Below are positions 37,213 to 46,300 of a stretch of DNA of 64,000 bases, in pieces. The notes under the pieces are model-generated. The model saw nothing but the letters and a program-made list of their open reading frames with translations, did not search any database and had not been told where the DNA came from. Every line of letters begins with the position of its first letter. Positions within the stretch are counted from its first letter, which is position 1. The translations under genes were made by a program, and so were the position numbers. Source of the stretch: Planctomycetota bacterium (lineage in GTDB: Bacteria; Planctomycetota; GCA-002687715; CAIWVZ01); assembly GCA_044222185.1 (NCBI GenBank), contig JBGANV010000001.1, positions 1,283,155 through 1,347,154 on the forward strand, given 5' to 3'.

Positions 37213-39729
37213 ATGATGAGACGTCTTGCCTTCCTCGCCGCTTTTTCACTGAACCTCTCAGTTGCAGTTCTCGCGCAGGCAACGGTCGATGCGTCCGATC
37301 CAGGCGCACACGCACCGACGACGCCGAGCCCCGAATCCAAGCCCCCGCAGGGGCTGACCGCAAGCGATTGGTCCACCATCCAAGCCGCATACGAAACGGG
37401 GCAGTACAAGGTCTTCCCGACCGATGGCACCCACCGCGCGCGCAATCCCGGTCAACGATGGAGCACGAGCTTCGACGGGCGTGGGACCACCACGACGCCC
37501 GATACGGGCAACTGGAGCTGGGGCTTGAGTCTCATGGCCTACGGCTGGCCCAAAGCTCAGCGGCAGGTCGCGCGGCCACTCGCTGTGTCGACCGTGGGCG
37601 CGCGCCTGGCCTACGATTGGGACGCGCGGCTCACCGAGTGGTACGTGAATGACCAGCGGGGCCTCGAGCACGGCTACACCGTGCACGAAAGAGCGCCGAA
37701 TGCGAGTGGATGCCTGACACTCTCGCTGACCGTGCGCGGCGGTCTCCTCCCCGAGGTCTCGAAGGACGGTCACGACGTCAACTTTGTCGACGATACGGGC
37801 GGCGCTGTGCTTCGCTACGCGGGGCTGAAGGTGCTCGATCAGGACGGAAAGACGCTCGCGGCGACTTGGCAGGTACAGAACGGTGGATTGCTGCTCACGG
37901 TCGAAGAGCAAGGCGCACGCTATCCCCTGACGATCGATCCGATCGCGCAGCAGGCCTACCTCAAGGCTTCGAACTCAGGCGCCACCGACTACTTCGGCCA
38001 ATCGGTCTCGGTCTCGGGCGACACGGTCGTCGTGGGGGCGTACCAAGAATCCAGCAACGCTACGGGCGTGAACGGCAACCAAAGCAACAACAGCGCGCCA
38101 TACTCCGGTGCGGCCTACGTCTTCGTCCGCAATGGCACCAGCTGGACCCAGCAGGCCTACCTCAAGGCCTCGAACACGGAGACAGTCGACCACTTCGGCT
38201 ACGCCGTCTCGGTGTCCGGCGACACGATCGTCGTGGGGGCGTATTTCGAATCCAGCAACGCAACGGGCGTGAACGGCAACCAAAACAACAACAACGCGCA
38301 TAACTCCGGTGCGGCCTACGTCTTCGTCCGCAACGGCACCACCTGGACCCAGCAGGCCTATCTCAAGGCCTCGAACACAGGAATAGACGACTACTTCGGG
38401 TTTTCCGTCTCGGTTTCCGGGGACACGGTCGTCGTGGGGGCGTTGGGAGAAGGCAGCAACGCTACGGGCGTCAACGGCAACCAGAGCAACAACAGCGCTG
38501 GGAATTCCGGTGCGGCTTACGTCTTCGTCCGCAACGGCACCACATGGACCCAGCAGGCCTACCTCAAGGCCTCGAACACCGACTATTTCGACTTCTTCGC
38601 CTACACGGTCTCGGTCTCCGGCGACACGATCGTCGCGGGGGCGTTTCACGAATCCAGCAACGCTGTGGGCGTGAACGGCAACCAAAGCGACAACAGCGCG
38701 CCCGACGCCGGTGCGGCCTACGTTTTCGTCCGCAACGGCACCACCTGGAGCCAGCAGGCCTACCTTAAGGCATCGAACACCGACGCAGGCGACGCCTTCG
38801 GCTGGTCGGTATCGGTCTCCGGCGACACAGTCGTCGTGGGGGCGTCGGTAGAAGGCAGCAACGCTTCGGGCGTCAACGGCAACCAGAGCAACAACAGCGC
38901 ACTGAGTTCGGGGGCGGCCTATGTCTTCGTCCGCAACGGCACCACATGGACCCAGCAGGCCTACCTCAAGGCCTCGAACACCGACGCTGGCGACCACTTC
39001 GGCTACGCCGTCTCGGTGTCCGGCGACTGGGTCGTCGTGGGCGCGTACTCCGAATCCAGCAACGCAACGGGCGTGAACGGTAACCAAAGCGACAATAGCG
39101 GGCTCCTTTCCGGTGCCGCTTATCTCTTTGTTCGGAACGGCACTACCTGGAGCCAGCACGCCTACCTCAAGGCCTCGAACACAGACTATAGCGACCATTT
39201 CGGCGCCGCGGTCTCGGTCTCCGGCGACACGGTCGTCGTGGGGGCGCCGTGGGAGGGCAGCAACGCTACGGGCGTGAACGGCAACCAAAGCAACAACAGC
39301 GCGCCCTTCTCCGGTGCGGCCTACGTGTATCGGGTTCCACTCGCGACAGCAACCGTGGTTGGCACAGGCTGTGGGAGCACGCCGCTGCCTCCAACTCTGG
39401 CGATCTCCGTTCCTGTGCTCGGGCAGACGATGACCCTATCGGTGACGAATGCCGTGCCGTTGGCTTCCGGAATGCTGTATGTCGGCTTGCTGGCTTCGGT
39501 GCCTCTGGTGGTCGTGTCGGGGTGCGAGGCGTATCTGGACCTTGGGTCCGTCCAACCGCCCCTGCCCTTCGCGACGGACAGCCTTGGCTCCTGGAGCACA
39601 GTGGTGAGCCTTCCGCAGGATCCGGCCTTGGCCGGCCAGCCGTTCGCGTTGCAAGCGGTCGCGATCCCGAGCAGCTCTCCGATTGGCTTGGACTTGACCA
39701 ATGCCGTTGGCTTGGTCTTTGGCTACTGA
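37213..39729 (+). CDS. Secreted protein with seven tandem 67-aa FG-GAP-like repeats and a conserved C-terminal domain
   Basis: Signal MMRRLAFLAAFSLNLSVAVLAQA; repeat consensus QQAYLKASNTD..D.FG.SVSVSGDTVVVGA..ESSNATGVNGNQSNNSA.SGAAYVFVRNGTTWT; visibly lower GC than flanks. Confidence 0.65.
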   Translation: MMRRLAFLAAFSLNLSVAVLAQATVDASDPGAHAPTTPSPESKPPQGLTASDWSTIQAAYETGQYKVFPTDGTHRARNPGQRWSTSFDGRGTTTTPDTGNWSWGLSLMAYGWPKAQRQVARPLAVSTVGARLAYDWDARLTEWYVNDQRGLEHGYTVHERAPNASGCLTLSLTVRGGLLPEVSKDGHDVNFVDDTGGAVLRYAGLKVLDQDGKTLAATWQVQNGGLLLTVEEQGARYPLTIDPIAQQAYLKASNSGATDYFGQSVSVSGDTVVVGAYQESSNATGVNGNQSNNSAPYSGAAYVFVRNGTSWTQQAYLKASNTETVDHFGYAVSVSGDTIVVGAYFESSNATGVNGNQNNNNAHNSGAAYVFVRNGTTWTQQAYLKASNTGIDDYFGFSVSVSGDTVVVGALGEGSNATGVNGNQSNNSAGNSGAAYVFVRNGTTWTQQAYLKASNTDYFDFFAYTVSVSGDTIVAGAFHESSNAVGVNGNQSDNSAPDAGAAYVFVRNGTTWSQQAYLKASNTDAGDAFGWSVSVSGDTVVVGASVEGSNASGVNGNQSNNSALSSGAAYVFVRNGTTWTQQAYLKASNTDAGDHFGYAVSVSGDWVVVGAYSESSNATGVNGNQSDNSGLLSGAAYLFVRNGTTWSQHAYLKASNTDYSDHFGAAVSVSGDTVVVGAPWEGSNATGVNGNQSNNSAPFSGAAYVYRVPLATATVVGTGCGSTPLPPTLAISVPVLGQTMTLSVTNAVPLASGMLYVGLLASVPLVVVSGCEAYLDLGSVQPPLPFATDSLGSWSTVVSLPQDPALAGQPFALQAVAIPSSSPIGLDLTNAVGLVFGY
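37948..39330 (+). repeat. Intragenic tandem repeat array, 7 copies x 201 bp (67 aa), high but imperfect nucleotide identity
   Basis: Period measured from recurring QQAYLKASN at aa 315, 382, 449, 516, 583, 650, 717 of the ORF; DNA copies visibly near-identical (for example gtcttcgtccgcaacggcaccacctggacccagcaggcctacctcaaggcctcgaacac). Confidence 0.8.
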
Positions 39730-39818
39730 CGTTCAATCACGATTGATGAGCAACTCGGTCCCAACTGGGAGGTGCCAACCGTACCCACACCTGAACCCAC
39801 GAAACGTGCCGACAGGTC

Positions 39819-39840
39819 GGTACGCGTTAGGCGAACCAGC
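39819..39840. repeat. Candidate IS66-family terminal inverted repeat remnant (GTACGCGTTAGGCG...)
   Basis: Sequence resembles remembered IS66-family termini (GTAAGCG...) and lies 60 nt beyond the TnpC fragment stop; speculative. Confidence 0.2.
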
Positions 39841-39881
39841 CCCTGCGCCTCGCACCTCAGGATTCGGTGGCGCGACTCGGG

Positions 39882-40211
39882 TCAGGCCCCTGCTGAAGCC
39901 GAAGTCGCCGCGGCGGCGGCCTGCCGCGCCAGCACGCGCTCGACGATCGATTGCCGGTGAGCCAGGACCTCTGGCATCCACCGCTTCTTCCAGCCACGTG
40001 GTGTCCGAGTCGCGATGTCCGCACCCGTGCGGACTCGCAGGAGCACGTCGCGCAGATACATCCTCGGGTCGATGCCGACTTCCCTGGCACTCATGACAAG
40101 CGTGAGCATCACCTGCGCCGTCGCACCGCCGACCTCGCTCCCGAGGAACGTCCAGTTCTTGCGCCCAACCGCGACCGCGCGCAGCGCTCGCTCGGCAGCG
40201 TCATGCCGACT
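39882..40211 (-). pseudogene. IS66-family transposase (TnpC) C-terminal fragment, about 109 aa, truncated remnant
   Basis: Hand translation: PGSRHDAAERALRAVAVGRKNWTFLGSEVGGATAQVMLTLVMSAREVGIDPRMYLRDVLLRV...WMPE matches conserved IS66 TnpC C-terminus (AERAIRP..GRKNWLF.GS..GG..AA..YSL..TCKLNG..P..YL..VL); stop codon immediately upstream in frame; the rest of the transposase is absent. Confidence 0.55.
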
Positions 40212-40283
40212 GCCTGGTTATGCCGCGCGAAGCAGCCGACGATAGGGAGACCGGTGGCGACTTGGCTTGCGCACGCGGCATAA

Positions 40284-41003
40284 TCAAAGCGCAGAAAGGA
40301 ACGCGAGAAGGGAGTCGTCCGGCGCGTAGCGAGCCGATGCCGCGGCGGACGTGGAGGCATGCGCGAGGGCCTTCTCCTTGATCTGCATGTCCGCGTGCAA
40401 GTAGGCGTGAGTCGTCTCGATGGACTCATGACCGAGCCACAAGGCGATCACGGTGATGTCAACTCCTCGGCGGAGCAGATCCATGGCCGCGGCGTGCCGG
40501 AGAGTGTGGGGAGTCACGTTTCTTCCGGCCAAGGACGGGCAGCGTGGGACAGCAGCGGCCGCGTGTCTTCTCACGAGCCGTTGGAACGCGTCGGCGCTGA
40601 GTGGTCCGTCGTCGATCGAAGACTCGTCGTCCGAACCTCCGAAGTACGTCGCAGCCAGGAGCTGGCCCGTCGCGTCGTATCTCGCGATGTATGCGTCACC
40701 GGCGACCGTCGACGCGCTACGACCGCCCGCGGGGACTGTGTGAACGGTCCGCTGAAATGCCCAAGCGGTAACGGGTATTCCGCCAGCTTCGGTCCGCCCC
40801 GCCACGACGATCGATCCATCGGGTCGCGTTGCGATGGCGTCGAGCCGATCGCCCTTCGGTCCCGCGAGACGAGTCCCCCAGCCGCAGTCGAATCTTGCGT
40901 TCGGGTTGGGGCAAGGAGACGAAGGGAGCGTCTCTTGTGCTGATGCGAGGGCTCGCAGCGTCAGGCACACCGCCCACGAGAGCAGCACGCGGAGGTTCGT
41001 CAT
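40284..41003 (-). pseudogene. Chimeric ORF: N-terminal secreted SBBP-like beta-propeller fragment fused in frame to C-terminal fragment (about 103 aa) of a tyrosine recombinase/phage integrase
   Basis: C-terminal part NVTPHTLRHAAAMDLLRRGVDITVIALWLGHESIETTHAYLHADMQIKEKAL...RYAPDDSLLAFLSAL carries the integrase R-H-x-x-R/Y catalytic C-terminus (catalytic Tyr in THAYLH); N-terminal part has signal peptide and SBBP-like repeats; no intact integrase N-terminal domains. Confidence 0.5.
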
Positions 41004-41190
41004 GCGTCGTTTCCCGAGAAAGACCCAGCGGCCGGGACGCGCATCATAGACGGAAGTCCCGGCCGCGAAGCTCGAAGATACGACGGCGAGTTGGAAACCG
41101 CGAGATGCGGCGCGGGCGCGTCGCGTGTATCGCCTCTCGTCCGTTTGGGCAGGGCGGAGCCCTGCCGTCCGGCCAGGCGGAGTCTGGCGG

Positions 41191-41212
41191 AAAAAAAGCG
41201 GCGCCGCCGCGA
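41191..41212 (-). terminator. Rho-independent terminator candidate downstream of the 3x Ig-like repeat gene
   Basis: On minus strand: GC palindrome GCGGCGGCGCCGC followed by TTTTTTT, about 45 nt after the stop at 41267. Confidence 0.4.
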
Positions 41213-41266
41213 CCTGGGAGCGCGAGGGTCGATCGCGGCGGCGCCTGACGAACGGAGAGACAGGGA

Positions 41267-42448
41267 TCAGAACATCAGCGAGTCGGTGTTGCTCGTGTCA
41301 TAGGTGTGGGCCTGACCCGGGCCACCGCTCACCGAGACGGCCTGGTAGTAGACCGTCACGTTGCCAGGAAGATTCGCGCTCACCGGTACGACGTGCGAGA
41401 GCGACAGGGTCCCGCCGGCAGGGATCACGCCCAGCGGGTGGAGGAAATGCGGCATGCCCAGGCACAGAGAGAGCGTGCTGCCGGGCAGTGAAGTGGAGCC
41501 GAGCTGGTGACTCTCGGCGAGAAAGATGTGCGCGCCCGCCGGTCCAGTGACCGCCGTCGTGATCGTGGCACCTGCGGTGACGGGCACGTCCGGCGTGATC
41601 GCCAGCACGAGCGCCCCCGGAGTGCAGGGCGGCGGAGGCGGAGCCGCGGCGAACGTCACGGTGACCGTGTTGCTCGTGTCGATCGTCGCACTCTGTTGAG
41701 CACCAACGCTCGTCACGGCCTGGAAGGTCCACGTCGCGCCCACGGCCACGTTCGGCGGCGTCGGAACGTTCGCCGTCTTCGTGCCGTTGGCATCGAGCGT
41801 GCCGAACGGAATGGCGTTGAACGGGCTGTTGAGGCAGATGACGGTTCCGCTCAGGGGACCAGGTCCGTTCAGTTGCGTGGCCCCGGCGGCCGCGCCGCGG
41901 AAGAGAGTGACATGGGCACCGGGCGCGCCGGTGACCGTGACCGACACGGGCGTGCCGGCGGGCGGATTGCTCGGACTGACGGCGAGCTGCACCGCTCCCG
42001 GGTTGCACGTGGGAGGCGTCGGCGTCGTGAACGTGATCGACGCCACGTTGCTCGTGTCGTTCACCGGCGCGCTTCCGCCTTGATGCGTCACGGCCTGGTA
42101 GTTCACCGTCTGCCCCGCAGCGCTGGCGAACGTCTGGTACTGAACCGTCTTCGTCCCCGACGCGGGGATCGGCCCCAACGACCACGAGAACATGGGTGCG
42201 GCGAGGCAGATCACGGTCCCGCCGAGAGGCCCGCCCGAAAGCGTCGTCTGCCCGAGGTTTGGACTGCGATACATCGTGACCCAGCTACCGGCTGTGCCAG
42301 TGACGCTGATCGTGATCGGTGTGCCGGGCGCCGGATTGGCGGGCGACACCGAGAGGACGACCGACCCTTTCGGGCAGTTTTGCGAGAGGCCGGAGGCCGC
42401 GATCACCGCTACGATCGATAGGACGAACGAAAACCGAACGGAACTCAT
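41267..42448 (-). CDS. Secreted protein with three tandem Ig-like repeats of about 110 aa, each with a conserved Cys pair
   Basis: Internal ATG (MSSVRFSFVLSIVAVIAASGLSQ signal); repeats start CPKG/CNPGA/CTPGA and contain GTVICL..P motif; visibly lower GC than genome backbone. Confidence 0.6.
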   Translation of the reverse strand: MSSVRFSFVLSIVAVIAASGLSQNCPKGSVVLSVSPANPAPGTPITISVTGTAGSWVTMYRSPNLGQTTLSGGPLGGTVICLAAPMFSWSLGPIPASGTKTVQYQTFASAAGQTVNYQAVTHQGGSAPVNDTSNVASITFTTPTPPTCNPGAVQLAVSPSNPPAGTPVSVTVTGAPGAHVTLFRGAAAGATQLNGPGPLSGTVICLNSPFNAIPFGTLDANGTKTANVPTPPNVAVGATWTFQAVTSVGAQQSATIDTSNTVTVTFAAAPPPPPCTPGALVLAITPDVPVTAGATITTAVTGPAGAHIFLAESHQLGSTSLPGSTLSLCLGMPHFLHPLGVIPAGGTLSLSHVVPVSANLPGNVTVYYQAVSVSGGPGQAHTYDTSNTDSLMF

Positions 42449-42651
42449 GAATGTCTCCGAAAACCAACGTGTCCGGCAGGGGCGTGGTTGGTGATCGTTC
42501 CGATTCACTCCCTGACTCCGGCGGCGTGGAGGTTTCAGCAGTCTGCGGTGGCTTTTTTTCCACCGGGCTGCACGGCGGCGGAACTTGCCGCCACGGGGAG
42601 GGCTCCGTATGACCGAACGCCGCCGCCGACACGCAGGCGGCAACCCACCTC

Positions 42652-43338
42652 ATGGCGCCGACAGACTCCACGTGCTGGACCATGGTGATGGCCGCCGCCG
42701 CGGGCGACACCCAGGCTCGCGCCACGTTCGCCGGGATCTACCTCGACGTCGTCCGCGCGTACCTCGCCTCGCGCTGGCAGAACGGCCGCATGGCACCGAG
42801 CCTGGACGACGCGGTGCAGGAGGTCTTCCTCGAGTGCTTCCGTGCCGGAGGCGCACTCCACGGCGTCGATCGCGAAGGCAGCGGCGCGTTCCGGACGTTC
42901 CTCTACGGAGTCGTCCGGAACGTCGCGCGGCGAGTCGAGGAGCGCCTGCGCCGCAACCGCGAGATCTCGACGGATGCGGCGACCGCCACCTTCGAGGAGC
43001 CAACTGACGACAGCACGCCGTCCGCAGCGTTCGACCGTGCGTGGGCGCAGGCGCTCGTCGTTCGCGCGCGCGACAGGCAACGACGCGAGGCCGTCGAACC
43101 CGAGGCGCGGCGCCGCGTGGAGTTGCTCGATCTACGTTTCCGCGATGGCTTGCCGATTCGGGACATCGCGAAGGCCTGGGAGTTGCCGGCGGAGCGGGTC
43201 CACGCCATGTACCGGCGTGCGCGGGAGGAGTTCAAAGCTTCGTTGCGCGCCGAGCTCTCCTTCCACGGCCCGGCCGACCCTCGATCCCTCGAGACCGAAT
43301 GCGCCCGCATCCTCTCGCTCTTGGGCTCCGAGCGATGA
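42652..43338 (+). CDS. ECF-type RNA polymerase sigma factor (sigma-70 family, regions 2 and 4)
   Basis: Region 2 (FLYGVVRNVARR) and region 4 HTH (LPIRDIAKAWELPAERVHAMYRRAREEFK); stop overlaps kinase start (ATGA). Confidence 0.8.
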   Translation: MAPTDSTCWTMVMAAAAGDTQARATFAGIYLDVVRAYLASRWQNGRMAPSLDDAVQEVFLECFRAGGALHGVDREGSGAFRTFLYGVVRNVARRVEERLRRNREISTDAATATFEEPTDDSTPSAAFDRAWAQALVVRARDRQRREAVEPEARRRVELLDLRFRDGLPIRDIAKAWELPAERVHAMYRRAREEFKASLRAELSFHGPADPRSLETECARILSLLGSER

Positions 43339-46300
43339 CGGACTCCCCGCATGACCAGGACACCGTCGCCAGCGACGACTCGGACGCGCTGTGGGATCGC
43401 GCGATGGCGAACGCCTATCGCCCGGCAGACTCTCCCTCGACCGCGGACCCGTTCGAGCGCCCGCTGACGGGCCGCTACCTGTTGCTCGCCGAGATCGCCC
43501 GTGGCGGCATGGGCGTCGTCCATCGCGCCCGTGACGAACGCCTCGGCCGCGAAGTCGCCGTGAAGGTGATGCGCGCCGACCGTTGCCACGACGGAGAACT
43601 CGTCGCTCGCTTCCTCCAGGAAGCGCAGATCGGCGGCCAACTCCAGCACCCGGGCATCGTGCCGATCCACGAAGTCGGCGTCGATGCGCAGAACCGCCCG
43701 TTCATCTCCATGGAACTCGTCCGAGGGCAGACGCTCGCGGCCCTTCTCGCCGAGCGGAAGGACCCCGCGGAAAACCGCGGTCGTTTCCTCGGGATCTACG
43801 AGCAGATCTGCCACACGCTCGCGTTCGCACACAGCCGTGGTGTGATCCATCGCGACTTGAAGCCGTCGAACGTGATGGTCGGCACCTTCGGCGAGATCCG
43901 CGTAGTCGATTGGGGCTTCGCCAAGGTCCTGCGGACGCCAGCGTCGCCACCTCCCGTGCGTGCCGTGCCGTCTCCGCCGGTCGAGCGTCCCACGACGATC
44001 AGGACATCAGAGGACAGCTCGAAGTCCGTCTCCGGTGCCGTGCTCGGAACCCCCGCGTACATGCCGCCTGAACAGGCCCGCGGAGAGATCGACTCCCTCG
44101 ACGAACGCGCGGACGTTTTCGCGTTGGGTGCGATCCTCTGCGAGATCCTCACGGGCGCACCTCCGTTCGCGGCCACGCCGACGCAGGACGCCCTGACGGC
44201 AGCGAAGAACGCCGACCTCGCAGCCGCGGTCGCTCGCCTGACGACGTCCACCTCCGACACCGAGCTCTGCGCCCTGGCGATCCGCTGCATGAGCGCCGAT
44301 CGCGCCGGACGTCCCGCCGACGCCGGCGAAGTGGCGCGAGCCATCAGCGTGCACCGCTCGCAGATGGATGAACGCACTCACCGCGCCGAGCTGTCGGCAG
44401 CGGAGGCTCGGGGCCGCGCGAACGAGGAACGTCGGGCCCGACGGCGCACCGTCGGAATGTCCATCTTCGTCATCACCTTGCTCCTCGCCGGGGGCGTCTT
44501 GTTCGCCTGGCAGGAGAATGAACGACGGCAGGAGACCGACGCCAACGACGTCCGCCTCCGCGGCGTGCTCGGTGAGGCCGAGCGTCTGATCGCGGCCGAG
44601 GCCTTTGGACCTGCCGGCGAAGCCCTCGGTCGCGCGCGCGGTCTCATGGCCGCCAACCCGGCGAGCGCTGCGGTCGGCGCCGAGTTAGCCGCGGCCACGG
44701 AGCACCTCGAATCCTCCGTCGAAGCGGCACGCGCGCGCGACCAGCGGCGCGAGCGCGACGCCAACATCCGCACTCGGCTCGAGCAGTTGCGTTCCGCGGG
44801 CGCCGACGAGTCCGAGGCAGCCCTACGAGTTTACGGAGAGCTGTTCCGGTCCTTGGAGATCGACCCCGGTTCCCAATCCCCCGAGGCCGCGGCGTCGATC
44901 GTCGAGCACACGAGCGAGCCCCTCCGGTCGAGCCTCATCTCCGCCATGGACGATTGGGTCGCCCGCCTCAGGGACGAGACGGCGACGGACGCCACGACGA
45001 CGGTCCGCCCCGACTCTCCACGTCCCCCGGGCGCTGGTCGTGAGGCCGGGCGGTCGCCGCCAGGTGCTCCGGGCGGTCACGGCCCCGGGGGGCGAGGACA
45101 CGAGCCCGCGCCTGATTTCGGCCCCCCGCCAGGCGCGTCCTCGCGCCCCCGGCCCCGTGGAGGCCCCGGCGGCCCACCGAGAACCGGTGCGGTTCCGCGA
45201 ACTGCCGAGCGCCTCTTGCGCATCCTCCAACTCGCCGACGCCGACCCGTGGCGAGCCACGCTTCGGGACGCCGTCATCCGAGACGACAGCGAGGCCCTCG
45301 TCGAACTCACGCGCGACCTCGATCCCACGGCCAAGGCACCGAGGAGCCTGGACCTGCTCGCCCTCGCCCTCTCCCGCGCCGGTGAGCGGTCGGCCGCGGT
45401 CGACGTGCTGCGTCGAGCCGTCCGCGTCCACGCCGGGGACCTGTGGCTGCACTACCATCTCGCCGCGTTCCTGATGGAGGGACCCATCAACGAAACGACG
45501 GACCTCGCCGAGGCGACGGATCACGCCTGGGTCACGGTCGCGCTCGATCCGGGCGGCTCGTTTGCCCGCGACCAGCTCGGGCGGTTGCTGGCGATGTCCA
45601 GCCGGCGGGCCGAAGCCGTGGAGGTCCTGCGTCAGGGACTCCGACACGCGCCCGGCGATCCCGTGCTTCGCGCGTCGCTCGTACGTGAGCTCCTCCTCGC
45701 CGACGACGTCCAGGCCGCGCTCGAGTCCGTCGGCATGCTGCCGCGCGAGACCACACGGCCTGATGGTGACGACGATCCTCTGCGAGGCGTCGTCCGCTCG
45801 GCCTTGCGGAGCCTTCCTGCGAAGGACCGTGCGCCGCGCGCGCGCCGGTGGCTCGCGGCCGGTGTGGAGGCGGCCCGGATCGAGCTCGCCCGGCTCAGCT
45901 TCATCCTCGGTCGCCACGATGACGTGGTGAGCGTGCGGGAGGAGGCCCTTTCCGCACAACCTCGCAACGGAGATCTGGACGTGATCGCTGCGGCGGCCCG
46001 CATCGCGCAGGGCCGATATGACGACGCCGAAGCCCTGGCCCTCCCCGCGCGCATCGTCGGTCACCCTGGCGCCGCACGTCGGGAGCAGGACGCTGCGTCG
46101 CTTCGGGCAGCCTGGGTCGCCATCGATCAGGGGAGCCCCGCGGACTCGGTCGAGGCCGTGCTCCTCCGCGCCCGCGCGCTCCAGCATCGCGGCAGGAACG
46201 ACGAGGCTGCGGCCTGCCTCATGGCTGCGCTCGACGTCGACGCGCGCCTCTTCGAGTCGTTCGCACGGATCGATCGCGAAGCCCGCATGAGCAGCCCGCG

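Noticed and set aside
37948-39330. Possible CRISPR array suggested by regular repeats
   Set aside because: Period is 201 bp, repeats are coding (in frame, protein-level FG-GAP-like units) and there are no short direct repeats with unique spacers; no cas genes
40109-40429. 106-aa ORF on minus strand overlapping the IS66 remnant
   Set aside because: It is a +1 frame reading of the same DNA that encodes the recognisable IS66 TnpC C-terminus; no motifs of its own
41004-41266. Intergenic stretch examined for tRNA/attachment site next to integrase fragment
   Set aside because: No cloverleaf-like sequence or conserved T-loop (GGTTCGAATCC-like) found by eye; only a terminator-like hairpin with U-tract
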